Shown piece after piece: positions 16,380 through 27,392 of a stretch of DNA of 64,000 bases. The notes below the pieces were generated by a model. The model saw only the letters and a program-made list of their open reading frames with translations, did no database searches and was not told the origin of the DNA. Source of the stretch: Balneolales bacterium. Its GTDB lineage: Bacteria; Bacteroidota; Rhodothermia; Balneolales; Natronogracilivirgulaceae. The position numbers were made by a program, and so were the translations under genes. Location: assembly GCA_040878085.1 (NCBI GenBank), contig JBBDMU010000028.1, positions 22,681 to 86,680 on the forward strand. Direction: 5' to 3'. How positions within the stretch are numbered: position 1 is the first letter of the stretch; each line of letters opens with the position of its first letter.

Positions 16380-18875
16380 ATGATGAATATGAAGAATTAT
16401 AACAGCCGGTTGATAGAGCGTGAAAACACGCTACCTGACAATACAGCTTATCAAACCATGCTTGACTGGTTCAGTAGTCGTGGCTGGAAACCATTCTCCT
16501 ACCAGGAGCAAATGTGGCAGGCTTATCTCGATGGTTTTAGCGGTATCCTTAATGCCCCAACGGGCACAGGAAAAACACTTGCCGTAGTCATACCACCCCT
16601 CATGAAATGGATGCATGATCATGCGGATTACCGTAAGCGAAAACCAAACGGCCTGAAAATACTTTGGATCACCCCGTTGCGCGCACTTGCAAGAGATACT
16701 GAAAAAGTTATTTCTACCTTGTTAGATGAACTGGGAATACCCTGGGAAGTGCTGCGTCGTACCGGAGACGCGTCAGCCTCAGTGAAACAGAGAATCGGTA
16801 AGCGACCTCCTGAAGTTTTGATCACCACACCGGAAAGCCTGCATCTTATGCTGGCCCGCAAAGGGCACGAGATGACTTTTAATACATTAAAGGCAGTAAT
16901 CGTTGATGAATGGCATGAACTATTGGGTAGTAAACGCGGCGTTCAGGTAGAGCTCGCGCTATCGCGTATCAGACAGATAAGAAGTGATTTGAAAACGTGG
17001 GGGCTGTCGGCCACAATTGGCAATTTTGAAACAGCTCTGGAGGTACTCGTGGGTTCAGCGGAAAAACAGATGATCATTCCGTCCGGTATGGAAAAAAAAA
17101 TTGAAGTTAACTCAGTTATTCCTGATGAGATAGAAAAATTCCCCTGGGCGGGACATCTTGGAATACATTTGCTGGAAAAAGTTTATCCTGTAATAAAAAA
17201 GAGCGGGACAACTTTACTTTTTACCAATACCAGATCGCAGACTGAGATCTGGTATAACCGGATACTGGAAACCTATCCTGAATTAGCCGGCAGAATGGCT
17301 ATTCACCATGGCTCTATAAGTTCTGATATCCGGGGCTGGGTTGAAGATGCTTTGCACGCGGGTAGCTTACAGCTTGTGATCTGCACATCCAGTCTTGATC
17401 TGGGTGTGGATTTTAGCCCCGTAGATACGGTGATACAGGTAGGAAGTCCCAAAGGGGTTGACCGTTTCCTTCAGCGGGCGGGACGCAGCGGCCATCAGCC
17501 CGGGGCGGTTAGTAGAATTTGGTTTGTACCCACACATGCTCTCGAACTATTGGAAGCGGCCGCTTTAAAAACCGCCATGGCTGAGGGTTTCATAGAAAGC
17601 CGCGAACCAGTTATCAACCCTCTGGATGTACTCGTTCAATATTTGCTTACACTGGCAACCGGCGATGGATTTGATCAAAAACGGATATATCATGAAATCC
17701 GCAGCACTTATGCCTTCAAGGGCTTAACAGAAGGTGAATGGGAATGGGTGCTTAAGTTTTTATTAACTGGAGGTAATGCTCTGAAGCGGTATGAGGATTA
17801 TTCACGTGTATATGAAGAAAATGGGCTATACCAGATATCCGGGAGACGCATAGCAAAGCGTCATCGGATGTCTATTGGCACCATTGTTGGCGATCCCAGT
17901 TTGCAAGTGAAATATATAACGGGAGGGTATTTGGGCTCAATTGAGGAATCCTTTATTTCAAAAATGCGAAAGGGTGATGTTTTTCTTTTCGCCGGCAGAT
18001 ACCTGGAGTTTATCAGAATCAAGGATCTCACGGTTTATGTCCGCAAAACAAAAAAGAAGAAAGGAGCAACAAGCCGGTGGATGGGAGGGAGGATGGCCCT
18101 CAGCAGCCGTTTATCCGAAATGATAAGAACCACTATACGCAAAGCAAAAGATGGGATTGAGGATTCAATAGAAGTTAAAACAATACAGCCGATCCTGGAT
18201 TTACAGGAAAAGCTCTCAGCTTTGCCTCGTGAGAATGAACTTTTGATTGAAAAAATACAATCTAAAGAAGGCTTTCATCTATTCTTTTATCCTTTTGAAG
18301 GTAGGCTGGTTCACGAAGGGTTGGCATCACTATTTGCCTGGAGAATATCACGAATTCAACCTATATCCTTCTCCCTGGCCATGAACGATTATGGTTTCGA
18401 ACTGCTTTCCGACCGTGAAGCTCCCCTTGAAGAAGCCATCTGCAACCGGCTGTTTTCTGCAGATCAATTATCCGGAGATATACATTCCAGCATTAATTCA
18501 ACTGAAATGGCCAGGAGACACTTCCGTGAAATAGCACGGATTTCAGGACTCGTTTTTCAGGGTTATCCTGGAAATAGTGTTTCGGGAAAGCATTTACAGG
18601 CTTCATCTCAAATGATTTTTGAGGTTTTCCAAAAGCATGACCCCGGCAACTTATTGGTGAAGCAAACATTTCGTGAAATAATGAACTTTCAGCTAAAAGA
18701 AACTCATCTGCGGCGTGCGCTAGAGCGTATTAATCATGGTAAACTCCTCGTTAAAGAGCCCGGTAAAGCAACCCCTTTTGCATTTCCGATTATGGTTGAC
18801 AGACTGAGAGATGAATTAACTTCAGAAAAACTCTATGACCGGATTAGACGCATGCAACGTCAATTGCAGAAGTAA
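16380..18875 (+). CDS. Lhr-like 'ligase-associated DNA damage response' DExH-box helicase
   Basis: 831 aa. Motif I is NAPTGTGKT and motif II is VIVDEWHELL (DExH). It has a long C-terminal extension typical of the Lhr-core/DEAD-H-associated domain. pdeM follows. Confidence 0.85.
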   Translation: MMNMKNYNSRLIERENTLPDNTAYQTMLDWFSSRGWKPFSYQEQMWQAYLDGFSGILNAPTGTGKTLAVVIPPLMKWMHDHADYRKRKPNGLKILWITPLRALARDTEKVISTLLDELGIPWEVLRRTGDASASVKQRIGKRPPEVLITTPESLHLMLARKGHEMTFNTLKAVIVDEWHELLGSKRGVQVELALSRIRQIRSDLKTWGLSATIGNFETALEVLVGSAEKQMIIPSGMEKKIEVNSVIPDEIEKFPWAGHLGIHLLEKVYPVIKKSGTTLLFTNTRSQTEIWYNRILETYPELAGRMAIHHGSISSDIRGWVEDALHAGSLQLVICTSSLDLGVDFSPVDTVIQVGSPKGVDRFLQRAGRSGHQPGAVSRIWFVPTHALELLEAAALKTAMAEGFIESREPVINPLDVLVQYLLTLATGDGFDQKRIYHEIRSTYAFKGLTEGEWEWVLKFLLTGGNALKRYEDYSRVYEENGLYQISGRRIAKRHRMSIGTIVGDPSLQVKYITGGYLGSIEESFISKMRKGDVFLFAGRYLEFIRIKDLTVYVRKTKKKKGATSRWMGGRMALSSRLSEMIRTTIRKAKDGIEDSIEVKTIQPILDLQEKLSALPRENELLIEKIQSKEGFHLFFYPFEGRLVHEGLASLFAWRISRIQPISFSLAMNDYGFELLSDREAPLEEAICNRLFSADQLSGDIHSSINSTEMARRHFREIARISGLVFQGYPGNSVSGKHLQASSQMIFEVFQKHDPGNLLVKQTFREIMNFQLKETHLRRALERINHGKLLVKEPGKATPFAFPIMVDRLRDELTSEKLYDRIRRMQRQLQK

Positions 18876-18955
18876 ACGTTACCCCATTTGGTAAAACTTT
18901 CAGGCTGCGTGTATTAAACCTAAAAAACAATACGGATAAATTACCTTATTTGATT

Positions 18956-19609
18956 ATGCCGAACAGTAAATATTTATATATAGCTGGAGAATGGCTTGAA
19001 CTTCTTCCAGAGAAGGCTATCTATTGGTCAGATAAAAAGATTCTCATTATCGCGGATACACATTTCGGTAAAGTCGGTACATTTCGTCAGGCGGGGATAC
19101 CCATACCCCATAAATTAGCCTGTTCAAATTTTGACAAACTGAATCATTTGCTCAATCAGAAGCTGGTTGAACGATGTATTGTGCTGGGCGATCTTTTCCA
19201 CAGCAAGATGAATGGACAGTGGAACATTCTAAATGACTGGCTAAAGCAGTATCCTGATATCTCTTTTGAGCTTGTAATGGGAAATCATGACATCCTTGAA
19301 GTAAACTGGTATGAAGAAACAGGAATTCTTGTTCACAAAAAGTTCCTGATTGAACCACCTTTTTACCTGGTTCATGATCCAGAACATTATACCAATAGCC
19401 ATGGATATTACGGTTTATGCGGCCACGTTCACCCCGGCGTAAAGCTTACAGGAAAAGCTCAGCGTAGCGTGAGGCTTCCCTGCTTCTATTTTGGATCGAA
19501 ATATTCAATACTGCCGGCATTTGGTGCTTTTACCGGTTTTGTTAACATGCTAACCAAAAAAGATGACCGGGTATTTGTTATAGCCGAAAATCAGATTATA
19601 AAAGTGTAG
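18956..19609 (+). CDS. pdeM: ligase-associated DNA damage response metallophosphoesterase PdeM
   Basis: About 217 aa. Calcineurin-like phosphoesterase motifs are IIADTHFGK, LGDLFH, MGNHD and CGHVHP. It is positioned immediately after the Lhr-like helicase. Confidence 0.8.
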   Translation: MPNSKYLYIAGEWLELLPEKAIYWSDKKILIIADTHFGKVGTFRQAGIPIPHKLACSNFDKLNHLLNQKLVERCIVLGDLFHSKMNGQWNILNDWLKQYPDISFELVMGNHDILEVNWYEETGILVHKKFLIEPPFYLVHDPEHYTNSHGYYGLCGHVHPGVKLTGKAQRSVRLPCFYFGSKYSILPAFGAFTGFVNMLTKKDDRVFVIAENQIIKV

Positions 19610-19657
19610 CAAACCGTATATTGAACCTTATTTTAAGCCTGCCAAAAAGTTTCCCAC

Positions 19658-22027
19658 ATGAAGTCATCGTTAATATCCACGTTTTTTTTAATTATCAACA
19701 TTGTCTTTTTTTCGGTTACAGTGGGCGAACTGTTTGCCCAATCAACCGGAACGCTATCGGGCTATGCTACCGATTCCCGAACGGGAGAGCCCCTGTCTGG
19801 CGCCAATGTGGGTATTGCGGGTACTACTCGCGGAGCCAGCACTGATTCTGACGGATTTTACGAAATTACAAATATTGAGCCTGGCAACTATAATATAAGC
19901 GCTACATTCATTGGCTATGAGCCCCAGCAACGGTCAAATATCAACCTTCGAAGTGCAGGCAACCGAAACATTAATTTTGAGCTTTCACCCGCTGCCGAAC
20001 AGCTTGATGAAGTCACTGTAACCTTTAGCGAGCCGTTTATTGCGCCACCCGAAAACCCGGTGAGTTACAGGCGGCTTTCTCCCGAAGAGATTTCCACATA
20101 TCCGGCAGGCAACAGCGATATTGCAAAAGTCGTGCAATCGCTGCCTGGTGTTTCAGGATCCGTAACCGGTTTCCGGAACGATGTGATCATACGCGGCGGT
20201 GCCCCTAACGAGAATGTCTACTACCTTGATGGAATTGAAATCCCCACGATCAATCACTTTTCTACACAGGGTAGTGCCGGCGGGCCCGTGGGTCTTTTGA
20301 ATGTTGCTTTCTTTGATGGGGTAGAGCTTAGTACAAGTGCCTTTAACGCTTCGGCAGGAAATGCTCTTTCGGGGGTGTTGCAATTTAATCAGCGCACCGG
20401 AAACGATCGTGAATTCCGCACAAACTTCCGCTTGGGAGCCAGTGAAGCAGCTTTTACCACCGAAGGACCGTTGTTTAAGGGAGACGACACTTTCTCAAAT
20501 ACTACCTTCATTGCATCCGTCCGCCGTTCATACCTGCAGTTACTTTTTCAATTGATAGACCTCCCTTTTTTGCCCGATTACTGGGATTATCAATACAAGG
20601 TAAATCATGATTTTAACTCAAGAAACAGCGTATCGTTTACCGGTGTCGGGTCTGTCGACGATTTCCGGATCAACGTTCCGGAGGATATCGCACCCGATCA
20701 ACAGGCCATTCTGGATCAGGTGCCGGTTATTCGTCAGCGTTCCAATACCACGGGTATCACATGGCAGCGCAGGATGAGCGGCGGAGCTGGAGTAGCTCGC
20801 ACATCTCTAAGCCGAAGTTGGTTCTACAACGATTTTTTGAGATATCGGGATAACGAAAACCAGGATGGCCTTTTTTCGCGCAATCGTGCAAGAGAATGGA
20901 GAAAAACCCTACGTAGTGAATTAACTTTTTTCCGCGATCGCTCTACCATTACTACCGGTGCATTAGCAAGGATAAATACTTTCAGAAACGATTATTTTGA
21001 TGATAATACTGACGTTACTTTTGATTCTGACCTCACCTTTTTGAGTTATGGTGGATTTGTTCAGTGGTCGTCTGAAGGGCTTTCCGACAGGCTTGATTTA
21101 ACAGCAGGACTCCGTTTTGATGGAAACAGTTTCACAGAAACCGGCAATCAGATTTACCGAACCCTCTCGCCCAGGGCTGCCTTATCCTTCAAACTTGACG
21201 AAGCGGGACGCTGGAAAACAGTGGTATCCGCCGGGCGTTACTTTAAAAAACCACCTCTCAACCTTCTTGGATACCGGGAGAACAATGAGTTTGTAAACCG
21301 CAATACACGCTATATTCGGTCTGATCATATCACCGGTGGTATAAATTTTTTCCCCCGTCCCAGTACCAAGATGTCGGTTGAGGGGTTTCTGAAACTCTAT
21401 GATCATTACCCTGTCTCCAACAGAGAGGAAGTTAGCCTTGCAAACCTGGGAGGCGGTTTTGAAGTGCTTGGAAACGCTGATGTTGAATCAGCAGGCAAAG
21501 GGCGAACCTATGGACTTGAATTTTTAACCCAGCAGACCTTCGAAACCAGTTATTACGCAATTCTGACGTATACTCTTTTTTGGAGCGAATTCACCGGTTT
21601 TGACAGGGACCTCTACCTGCCATCGGCGTGGGACAGCCGGCACCTTCTGACCTTTACTGGCGGGTACCGTATTGGAAACAGCTGGGAGTTCAGTCTCAGA
21701 ACACGTTTAATTGGCAAGACCCCGTTTGCCCCCATCAACGAAGAGCGAAGTATCGAAACGTATCCTGCTTTTGTGTTCAATTACAACCGGTTGGGTGAGG
21801 AACGTTTGAGGCCGTTCAATGCAACCGATATACGAATCGACCGGAAATGGAATTTTTCTAATTTTTCTCTCGATATTTACTTTGAGGTTCAAAATCTGTT
21901 TGCCCAAAATACTCCTTCAGAGCCAAGTTATCTTCTCCAGGGCGAGGAGGATCCAGAGCTCATCAGAGTAGATCAGCTTAGCGAATCTTCTATACTCCCA
22001 ACTATTGGGATAATCCTTGATTTATAG
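19658..22027 (+). CDS. TonB-dependent receptor-like outer-membrane protein with carboxypeptidase-regulatory-like N-domain
   Basis: 789 aa with a signal peptide. The CarboxypepD_reg-like segment reads GTLSGYATDSRTGEPLSGANVGIAGTTRGASTDSDGFYEI. A plug-like region (VIIRGGAPNENVYYLDGIEI) and a long beta-barrel follow. Confidence 0.75.
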   Translation: MKSSLISTFFLIINIVFFSVTVGELFAQSTGTLSGYATDSRTGEPLSGANVGIAGTTRGASTDSDGFYEITNIEPGNYNISATFIGYEPQQRSNINLRSAGNRNINFELSPAAEQLDEVTVTFSEPFIAPPENPVSYRRLSPEEISTYPAGNSDIAKVVQSLPGVSGSVTGFRNDVIIRGGAPNENVYYLDGIEIPTINHFSTQGSAGGPVGLLNVAFFDGVELSTSAFNASAGNALSGVLQFNQRTGNDREFRTNFRLGASEAAFTTEGPLFKGDDTFSNTTFIASVRRSYLQLLFQLIDLPFLPDYWDYQYKVNHDFNSRNSVSFTGVGSVDDFRINVPEDIAPDQQAILDQVPVIRQRSNTTGITWQRRMSGGAGVARTSLSRSWFYNDFLRYRDNENQDGLFSRNRAREWRKTLRSELTFFRDRSTITTGALARINTFRNDYFDDNTDVTFDSDLTFLSYGGFVQWSSEGLSDRLDLTAGLRFDGNSFTETGNQIYRTLSPRAALSFKLDEAGRWKTVVSAGRYFKKPPLNLLGYRENNEFVNRNTRYIRSDHITGGINFFPRPSTKMSVEGFLKLYDHYPVSNREEVSLANLGGGFEVLGNADVESAGKGRTYGLEFLTQQTFETSYYAILTYTLFWSEFTGFDRDLYLPSAWDSRHLLTFTGGYRIGNSWEFSLRTRLIGKTPFAPINEERSIETYPAFVFNYNRLGEERLRPFNATDIRIDRKWNFSNFSLDIYFEVQNLFAQNTPSEPSYLLQGEEDPELIRVDQLSESSILPTIGIILDL

Positions 22028-22122
22028 CCTGTTTTGTCCTTTATATTTTTAATGATGAAATCAACAATATAATCCGCCCATTTAGCTCTCATTCATTTTA
22101 TCAGTATTTATTGCGGGCTTTT

Positions 22123-23583
22123 TTACCCGGGTATTACGGCATTGTGAAATCGAATCATATTCTCAGCCATACCGTTGAACACAAAATGGTGAAATGGCAT
22201 CACCGAGTACCAATACAACCTGCCCAGCAATCCTTTAGGGCGAAATGTCGCGGTTTGCCGCAGCCAGGGCTTGCCGTTCTTATTAATGATTTTGAATTCC
22301 AGCCAGGCTTCTCCGGGCAATCTCATTTCTGCATAGAGCAGTAAGCGGCCATTCTTTTTATCCGCAACCAAAACACGCCAGAAATCCAGGGTGTCACCGG
22401 TATTAATGGTATGGGCATTGGTTCTGCCGCGACGTAAGCCTACGCCGCCAAATATCTTGTCTAAGAATCCACGTATACCCCAAAGCCGGTCGCCGTAGTA
22501 CCATCCTCTATCACCACCAATGGCCCATATATTCTTTTGAACCTGTTCTTTATCAGTGGTAATGGATTTCTCCCTTTTGTCAATAAAGCATCCATCAACA
22601 GGCACATTGATATTTTCCAGCAGATCGCTTTCCGCATAACTTGAAATAAGTGAATCTTTCCAACTGGACACGACATTATTTTGATCAATCTTCTGAAAAG
22701 CAAGTCTCACTGCTTCCTGATAGGTAATCGGCTTAATTCCAAGTAGCTTTTCTAGCCTATTATCTTTTACCACCACTTCCACTTTCATGCTGTCTACAAG
22801 ATGAACAGCAAGCGCATACGATGTGGATGTTACAAAGTACAGCCAGTAAGACGACAGCCTGGGAGTCATGACCGGTACCGTGAAGATGAATCTTTTCAGC
22901 CCCCTCACTTCAGCAAACTGAAGAAGCATTTCTTTATAAGTCAAAATCTCTGGTCCGCCCACATCATAAGATTGGTTAAACGTTTCCCGGGTAAGCAAGA
23001 CCCCGGAGAGGAGTTCCAGAACATCCCGGATGGCAATAGGCTGATTCCTGGTGTTCACCCATTTCGGAGTAATCATTACGGGTAGTTTTTCAACCAGGTC
23101 GCGCATGATCTCGAAAGAGGCGCTGCCGGACCCGACGATAATGCCTGCTTTAATGGCTGTAAGAGGGATTTCGCTTTTGCCCAGGATTTCCTCCACTTTC
23201 TTTCGGGATGCCAGATGGCGGGAAAGCTGTTCTACATTCGTAATGCCACTGAGATAAATAATTTGCTGAACGGCCGTAGGTTTAACCAGGCTAACAAAGT
23301 TAGTTGCAGAAATCTTTTCCAGTCTTTCAAAATCTTTCACCTTCGAACTCATTGAGTGGATAAGATAATAGGCGGCGTCAATGTCTTTGATTTCATCCGA
23401 AGCAGGGGCCCCTTTAAGGAAATCAACCTCAAATAAAGAGATATTGGGGTGTTTGTAGATCCCTTCATTCGGAAACCGTTTTATATCCCTTACACAACAA
23501 ACCACATTATGTCCTTTTTCAAGCAATACCGGAAGGAGTCTCTTACCAATATATCCGGTTGCGCCGGTTAATAGAATTCTCAT
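22123..23583 (-). CDS. NAD(P)-binding SDR-family protein fused to a DUF2867-like C-terminal domain
   Basis: 486 aa. The N-terminal Rossmann motif is MRILLTGATGYIGKRL. The C-terminal half resembles DUF2867 fusions, judged from memory and unverified. Confidence 0.65.
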   Translation of the reverse strand: MRILLTGATGYIGKRLLPVLLEKGHNVVCCVRDIKRFPNEGIYKHPNISLFEVDFLKGAPASDEIKDIDAAYYLIHSMSSKVKDFERLEKISATNFVSLVKPTAVQQIIYLSGITNVEQLSRHLASRKKVEEILGKSEIPLTAIKAGIIVGSGSASFEIMRDLVEKLPVMITPKWVNTRNQPIAIRDVLELLSGVLLTRETFNQSYDVGGPEILTYKEMLLQFAEVRGLKRFIFTVPVMTPRLSSYWLYFVTSTSYALAVHLVDSMKVEVVVKDNRLEKLLGIKPITYQEAVRLAFQKIDQNNVVSSWKDSLISSYAESDLLENINVPVDGCFIDKREKSITTDKEQVQKNIWAIGGDRGWYYGDRLWGIRGFLDKIFGGVGLRRGRTNAHTINTGDTLDFWRVLVADKKNGRLLLYAEMRLPGEAWLEFKIINKNGKPWLRQTATFRPKGLLGRLYWYSVMPFHHFVFNGMAENMIRFHNAVIPG

Positions 23584-23653
23584 AAGAAAGGCAATGTGAC
23601 CATAAGCTATTTTTAGCTTTTGTTTCCATTAATATGCCTCACTTTCTTCATGA

Positions 23654-25783
23654 TCATTCTATAGTTTCATGAATAATCTCTTCCAAAAGCAGATCATCCC
23701 AATCATCTAATGACTTTCGGGGAGTAATGATCAACTGGCCGTTGGCACCTTGTTCTTCATAAGACGCTTTGACCACTGAGAAGGTTTCGCTGGTGGTTTC
23801 CTGATTCAGGGCTTTGCCGCCGCCATCGGTAACTCCGGTCATCATCAGCCTCCTCGGCGCCAGACTGGCGGCGAGATCGGGCAAGTCATAAACCCCAACA
23901 GATCCGGCTACTGTACTGAGATGAAAGCCGGGATTGTAGTATTGATTTGACACAATAGAAAGGTAGGATGAATAAGGTTCCAAAAGGGCGATACGGGATA
24001 TGGATGGATCAAATGCCGCCGCGTGTAATAAAGCAGGGGCCATGCTTCCCCGGGCTACCCCATAAACTTCATCCGCATGCTGTCTTTTCAATAATTGATT
24101 AAGTCTGACAATGTCACCGGCATGTATCCCTGCTATACTTCTGCCAATCAGTACAGATGCAGTCCATACATCAAAAGATGCCGCATCAAAGTCTTTAACA
24201 TGTATCGGGTAGTTTTCGACATCGCCATCTCCGGTTTCACCCGTGCCAATCATATCCGGGGCCAATACCGTCATTCCTTCTTTGACCAGCGATTGTATTT
24301 CACCATCATCCGAAGCTTCGGCAGCCTTGCCTGAAGGATTTAAGTAGATCAACGCTTTGTCATTCGCTTCATCCGGTATCATTAACAGAAAAGGAATAAC
24401 ATAATCACCCTCTCCTTTAATAAAATATTTCTCGATCACGTAACCTTCTTTTGGGATGCGTCCGGTGAAAATGGGCTGATCTTCCTCAGCCGGTTCCCGG
24501 TATCCGGAAAGTTCTTTAGCCGCTCTTTTAACTTTGGGGATGTGGCTGTTTATATCGTCCCGTGAAGACAACAGTCCGGTAATTTGCTCTTCAGCCTCTG
24601 ATCGATTCAACTCGAATATGGTTTTTCCTCTCAGCGAAGTTGAAACCTGGCCAGTACGGGTTACTTGGATCTCTTCATCACTTAAAGTGGCGACCTCTTC
24701 ATCTTCAGCGATACCCGGGTTATCCAGATGTTTCTGAAAGAAAGCGTACATAGCCTCTCTATTCTTCTTCGTTGATCCATGGCCTCCGCCATCCTCAACC
24801 ATATCAAAATTCTGGAATTTATCATACGCTATGTACACTGACATCACTTCATCCGCGGTCTCTCTGCCACCCTGTATGCTAAAGAAATCTTCCGTCGTAT
24901 TGATCATCAATGCCGGTTTTGGGGCGCGTACGGTCAAAAAATCAGCATGATCAATTCCTTGCAGAATTCCGTGATATAAGTTCTGCTCGAGGTCCTGCGG
25001 ACCAATAGACTTTAGCAGGTAATTAAAACTGGTAATGTAAGCTTCTGGGGCCGCGGCATGTATGCGCTCGTCCATAGCCGCGATATAGGCGGTTTGTGTG
25101 CCGCCTCCTGAGCGCCCTGTTATCCCCAGCCTGGCGTGATCCACTTCATCTCTGGTAAGAAGGTAATCGACGGCTCTGATGCCGTCCCAAATCATATAAT
25201 TTGCCTGGGAACTGCCTGTAATAAATGTCTGGACCCCTGTATAAGAATGCTCCCTGGTTGAACTGCCTACCACCGATCCGCCAGTTTCTGCGTCATAATA
25301 TTCCAGCCTCTCGCCTTGCCCTACCGGGTCAATGGCAAACACGATAAAGCCTTTTTTCACCAGATTCAATATCTTGTGCTGATACGTCTCCGATCGGTAT
25401 CCGTTAGCAGTATGGCCGCTCAAATAAAGGATAGCAGGGGCCTGATCCTCCAATTCATTTGGAATAAACAGAGAGCTTGTGACATAAAACTCCGGCCGGG
25501 ACTCATACACAATATGTTCTACGCTATAATAGTCTTTTTGAATCGTTCTTAAGATTTGAGCGTTCAAAGCATTTTTTTTCGGAAAGGGGCCAATGATATC
25601 CATCAACTTCCCCTTTATTTCATCCTGCTTATTCTTCCAATCAGAAAGTGTATTTATGCTGTTAATACTTTCGGTTCGATTATCAAGAAGATTATATGCT
25701 TGTCCGGCAAGGTGGTGATATAAAGAATTAGAGGCATCGCTAAAATGAAGCCAATTATTATTTGAGGATCCACCACGAATCAC
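23654..25783 (-). CDS. alpha/beta hydrolase (acetyl-xylan-esterase/dienelactone-hydrolase-like), two-lobed
   Basis: 709 aa from GTG. The nucleophile elbow is ITGRSGGG (G-x-S-x-G). A signal-peptide-like sequence is encoded in frame upstream of the GTG but has no start codon (see findings). Confidence 0.7.
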   Translation of the reverse strand: MIRGGSSNNNWLHFSDASNSLYHHLAGQAYNLLDNRTESINSINTLSDWKNKQDEIKGKLMDIIGPFPKKNALNAQILRTIQKDYYSVEHIVYESRPEFYVTSSLFIPNELEDQAPAILYLSGHTANGYRSETYQHKILNLVKKGFIVFAIDPVGQGERLEYYDAETGGSVVGSSTREHSYTGVQTFITGSSQANYMIWDGIRAVDYLLTRDEVDHARLGITGRSGGGTQTAYIAAMDERIHAAAPEAYITSFNYLLKSIGPQDLEQNLYHGILQGIDHADFLTVRAPKPALMINTTEDFFSIQGGRETADEVMSVYIAYDKFQNFDMVEDGGGHGSTKKNREAMYAFFQKHLDNPGIAEDEEVATLSDEEIQVTRTGQVSTSLRGKTIFELNRSEAEEQITGLLSSRDDINSHIPKVKRAAKELSGYREPAEEDQPIFTGRIPKEGYVIEKYFIKGEGDYVIPFLLMIPDEANDKALIYLNPSGKAAEASDDGEIQSLVKEGMTVLAPDMIGTGETGDGDVENYPIHVKDFDAASFDVWTASVLIGRSIAGIHAGDIVRLNQLLKRQHADEVYGVARGSMAPALLHAAAFDPSISRIALLEPYSSYLSIVSNQYYNPGFHLSTVAGSVGVYDLPDLAASLAPRRLMMTGVTDGGGKALNQETTSETFSVVKASYEEQGANGQLIITPRKSLDDWDDLLLEEIIHETIE

Positions 25784-26392
25784 ATTAAGATCATCTTGCG
25801 CATATAGAGGGCTAATTATCAGGAATTGAATTAGAACAAGCTTAGTGCCGTTTTGAGCATAGCAGAGTATTTTAACGGATGAAGTTGCTGCTTTTTATAG
25901 TGCATGAATTTTATTATTGATACCACTTAGTAGGTATAAAGAGACGCCATACCGGCGGGTTGTGAATTTATCAAATAACATCTAACCCAATCCCCAACAT
26001 TTGGGAGGGGACAGGGGTTGTTTTGATTACTCACTCAAATGTACAAATATGAAATTATCCATGCAGTGAATTTCTTCACTTAATATCCAGTTGGCGGAAA
26101 ATATCAGTACAGTTCTTAAAATTCAAGTATGCCTAATTGATCAACCTTTTTTAATCTCCGGTTAAAGGTGGTGGTACATCCGGCTGCTCAGGGAGGCGGT
26201 GGACCGGTGAGAAATCGGTTATCTGATTAATCCTTGAATAAAGGGTTTAATTCTGACAGTACTCAGTCAATCTTCTGGAACTTTCTGCGGTTTACGGTCT
26301 TTTCCTTAGTGATGTGCCTTGGCTTTAGAAAATGTTTTCGCAGAACTTTATAGGTACAGAAACCTAATTTTAATCCATCATTTCACAGATTA

Positions 26393-27388
26393 ATGAAAGT
26401 AACCGTCTTCTCTACGCACAGTTTTGATAAAGAATATTTGATAGCCGCCAATAAGGATCGACACGAACTGAACTTCCTGGATGTCAGTCTCAACGAAAAA
26501 ACGGCGGGGCTGGCCCAGGATTCTAATGCGGTGTCTTTGTTTGCCAATGATGAGGCTTCTGCAGGTGCTCTGGATATACTGGCTGAATTGAATGTAAAGT
26601 ATATTGCCATGCGTACAGCCGGTTATAATAATATTGATCTGAAAAGGGCACAGGAGCTTAATTTAAAAGTGGCTAATGTGCCCGCATATTCCCCTTATGC
26701 TGTAGCTGAGCATGCTATAGCCTTAATGCTGGCTTTAAACCGTAAAATTACGCGTGCCCATAACCGGGTCCAGGATCTTAATTTTTCTCTGGAAGGACTC
26801 GTGGGATTTGACATGAATGGGAAAACTGCCGGTATTCTTGGTACAGGAAAAATTGGATCCGTTGTGGCGAGAATTCTGAATGGTTTCGGGTGTCGGATTC
26901 TGGCTTACGATATTCAGGAAAACAAGGAGCTAATTTCTGAATTTGGTGTAGAGTATACTGATCTTGATACGCTTTGCGGCCAATCTGATATTATTACTTT
27001 GCATGCTCCATTAAACAGTCAAACAAAGTATATCATTGACAAAGATCGTATAAAATCTATGAAAGAAGGAGTAATGCTGATCAATACCAGCCACGGGGGG
27101 CTGGTCAATACCCGCTCGGTGATTGACGGCTTGAAGAGCAGGCAGATCGGCTATCTGGGCCTGGATGTTTACGAAGAAGAACGGGGGCTGTTTTTTCACG
27201 ATTACTCGGATGTCATTCTTGAGGATGATGTTATCGCACGGCTACTGACTTTCCCCAATGTTTTGATCACCAGTCATCAGGCCTTTCTAACCAAAACAGC
27301 TCTAGCCAACATTGCAGAAACTACCTTCTATAATATCAACTGCTGGGATGAGGGGGAGAAACCCGAAACCGAAATAATCAATTCATAA
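26393..27388 (+). CDS. ldhA: D-isomer-specific 2-hydroxyacid dehydrogenase (D-lactate dehydrogenase-like)
   Basis: 331 aa. The NAD-binding motif is [13 protein letters not shown]. The overall sequence is LdhA-like ([27 protein letters not shown]). Confidence 0.8.
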   Translation: MKVTVFSTHSFDKEYLIAANKDRHELNFLDVSLNEKTAGLAQDSNAVSLFANDEASAGALDILAELNVKYIAMRTAGYNNIDLKRAQELNLKVANVPAYSPYAVAEHAIALMLALNRKITRAHNRVQDLNFSLEGLVGFDMNGKTAGILGTGKIGSVVARILNGFGCRILAYDIQENKELISEFGVEYTDLDTLCGQSDIITLHAPLNSQTKYIIDKDRIKSMKEGVMLINTSHGGLVNTRSVIDGLKSRQIGYLGLDVYEEERGLFFHDYSDVILEDDVIARLLTFPNVLITSHQAFLTKTALANIAETTFYNINCWDEGEKPETEIINS

Positions 27389-27392
27389 TCGA

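Noticed and set aside
25900-26392. About 600-bp spacer upstream of ldhA as a riboswitch or ncRNA
   Set aside because: I could not match it to any riboswitch consensus I know. Only a modest CA/GT hairpin (25983-26020) is visible. It would need an Rfam scan.
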